Below, in pieces: positions 1 to 9,700 of a stretch of 54,323 nucleotides of DNA. Within the stretch, counting starts at the first letter, position 1. Each line of letters begins with the position of its first letter. The stretch lies in the IMG/VR virus record IMGVR_UViG_3300037311_000228, positions 1-54,323 of that record, one strand, 5' to 3'. The notes beneath the pieces are model-generated. The model was not told where the DNA came from, made no database searches, and saw nothing but the letters and a program-made list of their open reading frames with translations. The position numbers were made by a program, and so were the translations under genes. The stretch comes from a virus. Taxonomy: Duplodnaviria > Caudoviricetes.

Positions 1-127
1 GGTTGTTGGTCGAAGGGGCGATCCCGCTCATTGTCGTCGGCGCGGGGATCGCGTTGTGGGAACAGACGCCATATCTCTTGTGGTACGCGGCACAAGCGAT
101 TGTCGGGAGTTGGGTGTATCCCATGCT
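1..127 (+). pseudogene. 5'-side fragment of a host fatty acid desaturase-superfamily gene, interrupted by the prophage (begins upstream of window)
   Basis: Hydrophobic LLVEGAIPLIVVGAGIALW...GSWVYPM joins in frame with the right flank; in the lysogen it runs into phage DNA and stops at 212. Confidence 0.85.
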
Positions 128-150
128 GATAAGTGAACCGCGCCCAACAA
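126..150. repeat. Left attachment site: CT core (126-127) plus 23-bp phage arm
   Basis: GATAAGTGAACCGCGCCCAACAA (128-150) is the exact reverse complement of 54177-54199. Confidence 0.95.
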
Positions 151-303
151 GGTTTTTTGTTGCGTGCATGGATGGCTCGCTGACTGCGATTCGCTACGAC
201 AGCGCGGAATAGCTTATATCAGGCGAAAGTCCTGTATGATAAAATGTAAACGTCCTCTCCTCGAGGATCAGGATGAAACTCTGGCGAGCGAAACATCCTG
301 AAC

Positions 304-337
304 AATTCGACCTCGTGCATCTGCACGAGGTCGAATT
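304..337. terminator. 16-bp perfect hairpin, probable terminator
   Basis: AATTCGACCTCGTGCA-TC-TGCACGAGGTCGAATT, downstream of the leftward DUF488 gene; short T run on the + strand. Confidence 0.65.
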
Positions 338-398
338 TTATGAGCGGCGGAGATTCTCTACGGGACGCATAGACTGTTGTGGGGCGCGGGGCATCAAT

Positions 399-1067
399 CT
401 ACTTGCTGACGTTTTTTGCTGCCAGCGCGAGCAGCGTGGCGGGCGAATGATGCGTGACCGTCACACCGAGCGCGTTCACCAGCGTGTCGCCGACAATTTT
501 TCGGTGACACCAGCGCACGTCTGGACAGACGCACATGAGCAGCGGCTTCTTGCCTTCAGCAAGCAGGCGCTTCACGATCTCGACGCCCGCATCAGCATCC
601 TTCAACACGATCTCCGCGTTGCTCGAACGGTAGTTCATATTCCCCAAAGCGGGAACATGCACGTACCGTTCTTGCAGCACTGTATGCAGACGTGCGCCGC
701 TCCACGCCTGCGCACGGCTGCGCGCGGACAGTCGGATATCGACCAGCACCATGTCCAGTTTTTGCACGGCGTCGATGATCGCCGCTGCGTCCGCACCTTG
801 GTAGCCAAACGTGACGACTTGGAATAATGGATAGGTCAGTGCCTCAGCATCGCGCCGCTCTTGCTGTTCGCGCTCCTCGTCTGTACGGGCATCGAATATC
901 TTTAGCGTCAGCGGCGCATTGAATTCCGTTGTCGCCTGTGCGAACCGCCGCAGTGCCGTTTCCTCTTCGATCCCGAACATACTCATTTGCCTTGTCGCAT
1001 ACCGTGTACGCAGCGTTTTGTCGCCGCCGAATTCGCCGCCCAAACTTAACTGCTTCTTTTGCTCCAT
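399..1067 (-). CDS. DUF488-family protein with N-terminal extension
   Basis: TFGYQG, LVDIR, YVHVPALG and LMC-x7-CHR motifs; GGAGA RBS before MEQKK. Confidence 0.8.
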   Translation of the reverse strand: MEQKKQLSLGGEFGGDKTLRTRYATRQMSMFGIEEETALRRFAQATTEFNAPLTLKIFDARTDEEREQQERRDAEALTYPLFQVVTFGYQGADAAAIIDAVQKLDMVLVDIRLSARSRAQAWSGARLHTVLQERYVHVPALGNMNYRSSNAEIVLKDADAGVEIVKRLLAEGKKPLLMCVCPDVRWCHRKIVGDTLVNALGVTVTHHSPATLLALAAKNVSK

Positions 1068-1125
1068 GAGCTTGTCTCCATGTCTCGTGTAGGTGGGGCG
1101 GCGAAGCCCGCCACCCCAAACATCA

Positions 1126-2136
1126 TTACAGGCGTTCGACGTGTGCCGCGTCTTCGGCGGTCTCATCTGTGGCGCTGATGGTTGGCAGCATCGGCAGGGA
1201 CGGGACGCTCGTCCACTTGAAGCTCACCAGCGTATTGTACAAATTGCCGAGCGCTTCAGCCTGCCCGGTATGTCCTGCCACCAGCAGATCATGAATGTGG
1301 CGGTCGAGAATGTCACCAACCGTATCCGTCATCTTCACGCGCACGGGTGGCAGCTTCTTGTTGATCGGCGCGGCGGTTTTGGCTGCCTTGCCCCAACGCA
1401 CGGTCGGCGCGCTTGCCGCCACTTCCGCGATGAGCGCCAGTTCGAACATGCCGAGTTGCGACTCGGCGATCTGTTCGTCCGCCAGTTTCTTGACGACGCT
1501 TTTCAGCACTGCGAGCGTCATCTGCGGGTTCGTATTCCAGACGCGCAGTGCGATCCGCTGGCGGTTATTGTCGAGACCCGTCAGCGCGATCGCGTGTCCG
1601 AGCGGCATCTGCTTCGCGCGGATAAGAGCTTGAATATCGTCGGCGAGCGCGATCAGCTGCAGGCGCTCTTTGACCAACTGCACACTGCGCCCTGCCACTT
1701 CGGCGGTCTTTTCGACCGTCCATCCAAACCGCTTCATCCGCGCGTCGTAACCTTCCGCCTCTTCCATCGGGTTGAGATCGGCGCGTGCGGTGTTTTCCGC
1801 CAACATCACGGCGGCGGCGGACTCGTCGTCCAACTCACGGACGACGCATGGAATTTCTGACCACTTTAGCACGTCGCGCATCGCCCGTGTTCGGCGTTCG
1901 CCCGCCACGATTTCGTACATTCCATCCGCGCGCGGGCGAACGGTGACAGGTTGGCTGAGACCGTGCTTGTCGATGCTGGCGGCGAGTGTTGCTAATTCGA
2001 CTTCATCAAACGTCTTCCGGTCGTTGTTGCCCGCAATAATTTTTTCAGCAGGCAGCTTGACGATCCGATCCGTCGGCGGGGGCGCGGCTTTTTTCGGCGC
2101 GCGCACTTTCTTGGGTTTGACGCTTACTTCGGACAT
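1126..2136 (-). CDS. ParB/RepB/Spo0J family protein
   Basis: LAASIDKHGLSQPVTVR, YEIVAGERRTRA, ENTARADLNPMEEA, then an HTH; GAGGAG RBS. Confidence 0.92.
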   Translation of the reverse strand: MSEVSVKPKKVRAPKKAAPPPTDRIVKLPAEKIIAGNNDRKTFDEVELATLAASIDKHGLSQPVTVRPRADGMYEIVAGERRTRAMRDVLKWSEIPCVVRELDDESAAAVMLAENTARADLNPMEEAEGYDARMKRFGWTVEKTAEVAGRSVQLVKERLQLIALADDIQALIRAKQMPLGHAIALTGLDNNRQRIALRVWNTNPQMTLAVLKSVVKKLADEQIAESQLGMFELALIAEVAASAPTVRWGKAAKTAAPINKKLPPVRVKMTDTVGDILDRHIHDLLVAGHTGQAEALGNLYNTLVSFKWTSVPSLPMLPTISATDETAEDAAHVERL

Positions 2137-2214
2137 TTGAACTCTCCTCGATAGGTTGTCGCCGCGCTCTGGCTTCGCGGCTTACTTCTTGATATTTTTT
2201 GTATTACATGATAC

Positions 2215-2242
2215 ATCATACCACTTAATGACCTACCGTCAA
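2215..2242 (-). promoter_or_regulatory. Sigma70-type promoter for the parB-DUF488 operon
   Basis: TTGACG-16bp-TATGAT on the minus strand, overlapped by an ACCACTT/AAGTGGT inverted repeat. Confidence 0.55.
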
Positions 2243-2493
2243 GTGGTTTTCCCCTGAGTTTTGGGAATTGGTACGGGAAATTACGCGGGAGAATGAAGGG
2301 CGGTAAAAAGAGGGTGTTGGGATAAAAGGATGAGATATAAGGAGCATGTCCGAACGAGCGAATTGGGCGCATTTATGCAAATTGTCCGCGTGTAAGCAAG
2401 CAGATGGGCTGAGGTCGTGTTGACGCCACCACCTGATGCTGATAGCGTGAAAAGCTGGATAGAACTCTCGTTCAACTTTAGAGGCATGGGGCG

Positions 2494-3906
2494 ATGTTTC
2501 GAGGCAGCATCCCACAGGATATGCGCGCGATCCTAAACGAGATGGTCGGCACATGGAACACGCCTGCGATCTATGTCGGCTGCTCCGGCAACTTCACAGT
2601 CGAGCGGGTGCTGGCGGCGCATCAGCGGTTTCGGCTGCACGCGAATGATGTAACGATTTACAGCGGATCAATTGGATCGTACCTCGCTGGACAGCCCTTT
2701 CGCCTGACGCTTCGCCCTGCTTTCGTCGAAACACTTGGATGGCTTGCGCCGTACCTCGACTCGCCTCAGCGCGTCGCGGGGACGATCATGCTGGTGGGGC
2801 GACTGCTCGAAGCCATGCGCGGCGATGGTACGTGGAAGACGAATTCATATTACGAACGTTTTATCCCTGCCTATCGTGCGCAGTGGGAAAGAATGCACGC
2901 GAAGACGTGTAGCCGGATCGACACGCTCGCCGGAATGCTGACCGAATACCATTCGGGAGATGTTGTACCGTGGGCAGCAGCGATCCCCAAAGATGCGGGC
3001 TTCATTTCGTATCCACCCTTTTTCAGCGGCGATTACGAGTCGATGTTCCGCAAGCTCGATCTGGTTTTCGACTGGGACAAGCCGACATTCAGCGACATTG
3101 GCGCGGGCAAAATGCTTGATGCGCTCCGTCCTACCCTCGAACGCGCACACTGGATTCTTGGCTTGAACCACCCACTTGATGAACTTGTGCCGTTCTTGCG
3201 CGGTATGACGCAAACCACGAATCGCGGCGTCCCGATTTATGTCTATTCATCCACTTCGGTACGGCGCGTTGTTATCCCGGCGCAGCAGCTTGATCCTGTC
3301 GCAAACACTCGTCTCGTGCCGGGTCAGGCGCTTGGCACACGTCTTCAGATTGCGCCGCTGACACAGGCGCAGTTCCAAACGCTGCGCTCTGCTTATATGA
3401 ACCCCGGTATCAAGCCCGGTCAACCGTCGGCTGCGTATGCAGTCATGGTTGACGACATTTTGATCGGCGCGTTCGCGCTCAGCGTCGCGCCCAGCAAAGC
3501 AGCAATGGATCGGCATTCGACCGTTTACCTGTTGTCCGACTTTCCTGTCGCGCCTACCGACTACCCGCGTCTGTCCAAGCTCGTGCTTTATGCTGCCCTG
3601 AGCCGCGAGGCGCAACTCCTCGCGGAGCGACTGGCGCGAAAGCGCGTGCGAAGCCTATTCACAACCGCCTTTTCGAACAACCCAGTGTCCATGAAATATC
3701 GCGGCTTATTCGACCTGCACAACCGCCGTGAAAATCCGGATTGGTCGCCGGACGCAGAGCGCGATCCAGCGGCGTATTATCGCCAGCGATACCTGATCAA
3801 TTACGTCGCATCCGTCGGCGCATGGACGCTCGCCGAAGGATTTTCATTATGGACACAAAAACACGGAAAGCGAATGACTGCCGATGTTACCAACACAGAC
3901 CATTGA
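2494..3906 (+). CDS. Putative antirestriction adenine methyltransferase-like protein with a Mom/GNAT-like C-terminal half
   Basis: YVGCSGNFT (motif I-like), SYPPF (motif IV-like); C-terminal YLLSDF...RLSKLV...TTAFS..PVSMKYRG. Confidence 0.7.
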   Translation: MFRGSIPQDMRAILNEMVGTWNTPAIYVGCSGNFTVERVLAAHQRFRLHANDVTIYSGSIGSYLAGQPFRLTLRPAFVETLGWLAPYLDSPQRVAGTIMLVGRLLEAMRGDGTWKTNSYYERFIPAYRAQWERMHAKTCSRIDTLAGMLTEYHSGDVVPWAAAIPKDAGFISYPPFFSGDYESMFRKLDLVFDWDKPTFSDIGAGKMLDALRPTLERAHWILGLNHPLDELVPFLRGMTQTTNRGVPIYVYSSTSVRRVVIPAQQLDPVANTRLVPGQALGTRLQIAPLTQAQFQTLRSAYMNPGIKPGQPSAAYAVMVDDILIGAFALSVAPSKAAMDRHSTVYLLSDFPVAPTDYPRLSKLVLYAALSREAQLLAERLARKRVRSLFTTAFSNNPVSMKYRGLFDLHNRRENPDWSPDAERDPAAYYRQRYLINYVASVGAWTLAEGFSLWTQKHGKRMTADVTNTDH

Positions 3907-4858
3907 TGTTCGGGTCGAGCGGCTCGATCCGGCAGCGATCAAGCTGCTCGACCTCAACGCGCATTTTATGCGCCATGAGACCTTCGCGCGACTGGTCGAA
4001 AATGTGCGCGATGACGGCGCGCTTACCTCGACGCCGTTCTGCTGGCAGCTTCACGATGATACGACCTGCCAACCGCAGTTCAGCGCCGACGGCAGCCCAA
4101 TCTACGAAGTGCTATCCGGCAACCATCGCGTCAAGGCAGCAGTGGCGGCGGGCTTGTCGCTCATCGACTGCCTTGTGACGAATCAATATCTACCCCCAGA
4201 CCGACGCAAAGCGATCCAACTGTCGCACAACGCCATTCACGGCGAAGATGATCCGACGCTTCTTAAGCTGCTCTACGAGGGTATTGAGGATATCGGAATG
4301 CGCCTGTACAGCGGGCTTGATGATAAAGGACTTGGCTTGATGCAGGCGGTAGACATCGCCTCGCTTGGCGAAGCACAGCTCGACTTTCAAACGGTCAGTC
4401 TCGTTTTTCTGCCTGACGAGATTGACCGCATCGATGCGGTGTGGAAAAAGGCGCGGGCGGCGGCGGAGGTGGCGAACCCTGCATGGGTCGCGCGCTGGCG
4501 CGACTATGATCGTGCGCTTGATACGCTCGAACGAACCAGCGCAGCCTACGGCGTGAAGAATACCGCGACGGCGTTGCTGGTCGTTCTCGCTATCGCAGAG
4601 CGCCATCTCGACGATCTTCAAACGGGCTATCTGGACGCGGAAGGCGAACCCGTTGACCCGAAGCGGGGCGTACCCATCGGCAGCGTGTTCAACGAGCTTT
4701 TGATCCCCGCAGCGACAGCGGCGAAGGTGATCAAGGCGATCAAACGCGCCGCACGGCGACTCGGCATTGAGGGAAACGATAGTGCCTCAATCCTCAACGC
4801 ATGGGCGGATAAAGAATTGAACGCAAAGAAGAATGAACAAGGGCACCCATGTCCATAG
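3884..4858 (+). CDS. ParB/Srx-like N-terminal domain protein
   Basis: YEVLSGNHRVKAA and QLSHNAIHGEDD; overlaps both neighbours. Confidence 0.8.
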   Translation: MLPTQTIDVRVERLDPAAIKLLDLNAHFMRHETFARLVENVRDDGALTSTPFCWQLHDDTTCQPQFSADGSPIYEVLSGNHRVKAAVAAGLSLIDCLVTNQYLPPDRRKAIQLSHNAIHGEDDPTLLKLLYEGIEDIGMRLYSGLDDKGLGLMQAVDIASLGEAQLDFQTVSLVFLPDEIDRIDAVWKKARAAAEVANPAWVARWRDYDRALDTLERTSAAYGVKNTATALLVVLAIAERHLDDLQTGYLDAEGEPVDPKRGVPIGSVFNELLIPAATAAKVIKAIKRAARRLGIEGNDSASILNAWADKELNAKKNEQGHPCP

Positions 4859-5382
4859 CAGACAAAAAAGAAGCCAAAAAGCGAAAGGACGTTGAGATCG
4901 AACAACGACGGATGAAGATAGCCGCCAACTATCTCGCCGGGATGGACTACCGCGATACAGCGGCTGCGCTCAACGTGTCCCTCGGTACGGTCGCTGGCGA
5001 CATGAAAGCGATCCTCGGTCAGTGGCAAAAACATTATGCCGCCGATCTCAACAAACGGCAGGCGCTTCAACTCAAGCGCCTTGACGTGATGCTGAATGGT
5101 ATTTGGAAGAAAGCACGCGATGGCGATCTGGCGGCGATAGATCGTGTGCTGAGCATCATGGCGCAAGAGTCGCGCATTTTGGGCTTGGACAAGATCAAAC
5201 TTGACCATACGACCGACGGGAAGCCCATGCCGGGGATCACGGTCGTCAACCCTGTGCTGGCGCTATCAGATGAGCAGGTCACGGCGGCGATGAAACTGCT
5301 GGAACACCTCACCGCGCCGCCTGCGCCCGCCATCGATCTGCCACTGAACACGAGCGGAGCGGTGGAAGGGGGGCAAGTATGA
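4849..5382 (+). CDS. Terminase small subunit
   Basis: N-terminal HTH, GDLAAIDRVL...RILGLD; directly before the large subunit. Confidence 0.8.
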   Translation: MSIADKKEAKKRKDVEIEQRRMKIAANYLAGMDYRDTAAALNVSLGTVAGDMKAILGQWQKHYAADLNKRQALQLKRLDVMLNGIWKKARDGDLAAIDRVLSIMAQESRILGLDKIKLDHTTDGKPMPGITVVNPVLALSDEQVTAAMKLLEHLTAPPAPAIDLPLNTSGAVEGGQV

Positions 5383-6770
5383 CGCTAACCCTGGACGCCG
5401 CGCTGTCTCCGGCTGCAACGCCCGCCGGATTCGGGATGCACGTCTACGGTCTGCGTCCAGCGGCGCATCATTGGCGCTGGCTGCACGCCGCGCTCGACCC
5501 ATCGATCCGCAACCTGAATATCATCGCCCCGCGTGACAGCGCGAAGACGACATGGCTGGCGGAAATTCTCACCCAGTGGGAGATCGGCACCAACCCGCTA
5601 CATCGCATCTTCATCGGCAGCGTGACCGACGATCAAGCCAGCAAGCGCCTTGATGCGATCAAGACCGTGATCGAGTCGAGTGAGCGATGGCGGGAAGTGT
5701 TCCCGCACATTGAGCCGGATTACAAGCGCGGTTGGTCTGGTGACGGTCTGCATGTTCTTGATACTCGATTCGCTTATCGAGACTGGATCGCGCGCGTCGC
5801 ACAGTTCGGCAACCTCAAAGTGCCAAACCTGATGGCGGCGGGCGTGGGCAGCAGTCGCGTGATCGGGTCGCGTTTCACGCGCGTTCGACTTGACGACTTG
5901 CACGACGATAAAAACTCGCTGACTGCGCTACAGCGGGATCGGGTAGATAGTTGGTTGATGCAGACGGTATCCAACACCGTCGAGGCGCGCGGGAAGCAGT
6001 TGATCATCGGCACGCGCTGGCATCGAGACGATGTACCCGGTCGCCTGATGAACAATGGCGAGTGGGTCACCATTGAGGTCAAAGCCATTGATGAGGCGGG
6101 GCGCTCATACTGGGCGGAGCATTGGTCTTTGGAGCGGCTCGAACAGAAAAAGCGCGAGATCGGCGCGCGGCACTTTCGCGCAAATTACATGAATGACCCC
6201 TCAGGGCTGTCTGGACAAATTTTTGACGGCAGTTGGTTTCGCCCCCTGCCGGAGACGCTACCGGAATTTCGGACGGTCGTGCTTGGCGTTGATCTTGCCA
6301 TCAGCGAAAAGCAGAACGCCGACTACACCGTGATCGCTACGCTCGGTTTCGACCATGACGGCAGCATGTACATCCTCGACATTCGCCGCGAACGGTGGTC
6401 GTTTCATCGGCAACAGCAAGCGATCATTGGCGCGGCGATGCGCGCTAAGTCTTTGTATCACCGCTTGGATCGGGTCGGCATTGAGGCGGTCGCGTACCAG
6501 TCTTCGGCGGTGCAGGAACTCATTCGCACGACAGACGATCTTCCTATTCTCGGTATTGCGGCGGATACCGACAAGCTGTCGCGCGCGCGTCTATGGGAAG
6601 TGCGCGCACAGCAAGGCTTGGTGTATGCAGACCGCTCGTCGGCTTGGTGGGGGAATTTCATCGATGAAGCGCTCGACTTCCCGCGCGGGAGCCACGACGA
6701 TCAGATCGATGCTGTTTCGGTTGGTTGGCACGCTGCGGCGCGCCCGAACAGTTTTTCGGAGATATGGTAA
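5379..6770 (+). CDS. Terminase large subunit
   Basis: APRDSAKT Walker A, LDD Walker B, IGTRWH, GVDLA and HDDQIDA nuclease motifs. Confidence 0.95.
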   Translation: MTLTLDAALSPAATPAGFGMHVYGLRPAAHHWRWLHAALDPSIRNLNIIAPRDSAKTTWLAEILTQWEIGTNPLHRIFIGSVTDDQASKRLDAIKTVIESSERWREVFPHIEPDYKRGWSGDGLHVLDTRFAYRDWIARVAQFGNLKVPNLMAAGVGSSRVIGSRFTRVRLDDLHDDKNSLTALQRDRVDSWLMQTVSNTVEARGKQLIIGTRWHRDDVPGRLMNNGEWVTIEVKAIDEAGRSYWAEHWSLERLEQKKREIGARHFRANYMNDPSGLSGQIFDGSWFRPLPETLPEFRTVVLGVDLAISEKQNADYTVIATLGFDHDGSMYILDIRRERWSFHRQQQAIIGAAMRAKSLYHRLDRVGIEAVAYQSSAVQELIRTTDDLPILGIAADTDKLSRARLWEVRAQQGLVYADRSSAWWGNFIDEALDFPRGSHDDQIDAVSVGWHAAARPNSFSEIW

Positions 6771-9700
6771 ATGACAACATTGCCCCACGATCCTCCAAGC
6801 GCGCCGAGCGTTAGTGAACGCATGATGTTTTACACCGTCGGGGATCGCCTCGTACCGTTCTCGGCGCTGCGCGCAAACATCGAATTGGATACGCGCACGA
6901 CGCTGGCATCTGCGCTTTTCGCTGGTGATCACCAGCGCATGAGTGCCTATCCAATGTCCGTGACCGCGTATGCGTGCATCGACTATCGCGCACAAACACT
7001 CGCAGGTATTCCTTGTGCAGTGAAGGACGCCGCTGGAGAAGAGGTCGATTGGCATCCACTCGGCGGCGTGCTGCGCGATCTCCCAACCCTCCTTTGGGAT
7101 GTCGAGGCGGCGCTCTGCATTTGGGGTAAGGCGTATGTGCGCAAGCTGTACAACGCGGCGGGCTATCCCACTGGGTTGCAGTGGCTCAACAACGCGCGCG
7201 TGGAGGAGCAGCAAGACCTATACCGCCAAGTCGTAACTGGCTACTGGCTCGATGGTGTCGAGTTGCTTCCGCCGTCACAGATCATTGCCCTGCGGACGTT
7301 CAACCCTGACCCTTACGCCGCTGACGGGATCAGCGCGCTTGAGGTAGCACTGCGGCGCATCTACACCGAGTCAAACCTCTTGACCTTCGCAGAGCAGTTT
7401 TTCCGCAACGCAGCGCGCCCGGACGGGATGCTGATCGCCAAGGGGCAAATGTCGCAAAGCGAGATCGATACTGCGCGACAGCAGTGGCGCGAATTCAAAG
7501 GCAGTGGGAACGCATGGAAAACTTTCGTATCCGGCGGCGAATGGGAGTGGGTCCCGATCACCCCGCCACCCGCCGATCTTGCGATGACGGAACTGACAAC
7601 GACCATTCGCCGGGACATCTGCATCGCCTTCCGCGTCAACCCTGCACTGATCGGAGCGGGGGATGTTGCCGACTCTCTGTCCGCCTCCTCAACCTTCGAC
7701 GGCATCGAGCGCAACCATCTCGAAGCCGTGACGCTTCCCCGAATGAATTACGTCTTGGGGGAAATGAACCGCCAATGGACGTGGAAAGACTTCGATCCCG
7801 CCGATCACTATACCCTTGTGCCAGATATTGCACAGGTGGCATTGCTCTCCAACACGACGGGTGAGCGCGTCGCAACCGCCGAGACGATGAGCAACCGTCT
7901 GGCGGACTACGACGAATCACGACGGGTGATCGGGTTGCCACCGCGCGGCGGGGACTATCTCAAGCGGAGTGCTGCCGAGCCTTTGGCACTCTGGGCGGCT
8001 GGCGGGATAACGCTCAACCGACTGCGCCAGCTTGTTGGCGAAACCGCTATCCCGTCAGCGGGGGAAGTCATCAATTTGGCGGGGACGCTGCTCCCCGCTG
8101 CCAAGTTGATGGACATCGCCGTCGCCAATGCGGAGCGGTTGATCGCGCCGCCTGCGCCCGCGTTCCCATCGCCCTTTGGTCTGAATGCCCCGCCATCACC
8201 CATGACGCTGCCGTCTGAGGCGGAGACAGAAGCGCGTGCGGATGAATGGACGGATACCGGACTGTGCGTCGCCTTGTCGCTGGCGGATAACCCCGATCTG
8301 ATCGCGCTGCAGGCGCGACTCAGGGCGCTGTACCCGCGCGACGTGGAATGGAACGCGCCGAGTCAATTTCATATCACGCTCGTTTACGCGCCGTCGGTAG
8401 CGGACGATGAGGCGGTGAGGTTGTTGGCGGCGCTGCGCGCGCTATCGCTGCCAGAGCTGGTACTGAATGTGGGGTCGTTGGCGGGGTTTGATACGGTGGG
8501 ACGTCACGCACTGCATTTTCGCATTCGTCAGAATGCGGACTTGTTCGACCTACAAGACGCGATCTACGGTCTGTGCGAGGGGGTTCCGACAAGCCAGCAC
8601 AGCGATCCGGCGGCATACACCCCCCACATCACCATGGGCTATAGCACGATCAAGCCCGCCCGCGTGACCTTCACGGGCAAGGTCAAGGTCAAGCCGCGCG
8701 GACTCATTGTTTGGCACGGCGATAAGGTGCTGTGGCGTTCGGAAGACGAGCCTCAGGCGGGTGAGGCGCTGTCGATGCCGACGACTCGCGCGACAATGGA
8801 CGCTTCCCCATTAGCAACCACCATCTGCCTCGCCCTTGCCGATCACCAGATGATCCGCTATGCACAGCGCGTCCTTGCCGATCAACTTGCCGACGCCGGG
8901 ATCACAGGGGAACGCTACACCGAGTCGTCGGCGTGGTCGCTTCCCCTGCTGAACATTGACGCGCCGACGCCGGGCGCTGCCGCCGGACTCTTGATCACCC
9001 TCAACCCCGATGAATGGGCAGCGGTGGAGGTGCGAACGGGGGCGTACACGCTTGCTGAAGATGGCGCGGTGCTGTTGGAGGTAGCGCCCACCCCCGCGCT
9101 CGACAGCGTGGTTGAGCGATTACGAACGCTGGTTGAAGCGGATGGGTGTTCATGTGAACCGATCTCCCCGCGCGTCAGGTTGGCAACTGGCGTGCCGTCG
9201 GGGACAGTGCTTGATTCGAGCGCCATGCCCGCTGGCGGCTATCCCATCATCGCGCGAACACTCGCGCTTCATTATGGCAGCCGTCAGCTTGGCACATGGA
9301 CGCTGCGGCGCGCCACGCCTGATATGCTCAAAGAGCTTCGACATTGGCGAAGCAAAGTCGAGAAGCGAGGCGCGGGCATCGGTTTTGAGACCTACGCGCT
9401 CGCCGGACACCCGCTCGACGCACAGATACGCGCCTGCCTTGCGCACGGCGTCACGCCCGTGCGGGTTTTCGACGCGGCAATGCGGGCGCTTGTTGACGGA
9501 GATGTCGAGCCGCTAGACGATCTGACGCCAAGCCCAGAAGCATATACAGCATGGTGGAAATCTTATGACGACCTTCAGCATAATCTGGGCGCTGCATGGC
9601 TCGACATGATGGGGCGCGCCTTTGATGCACTTCCAGATACGTTCAACGAAGAATACGATCCGCTGCGATTGCTGACCAAGATGCAGAAGCCGCTGATAGA

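Noticed and set aside
273-827. 184-aa + strand ORF with an apparent RBS
   Set aside because: Mostly antisense to the DUF488 gene, runs through a strong hairpin, and has no motif
2346-2423. Possible Com-like zinc-finger regulator upstream of the Mom-like gene
   Set aside because: A CPRC pattern appears only if a frameshift is assumed; no intact ORF with two CxxC
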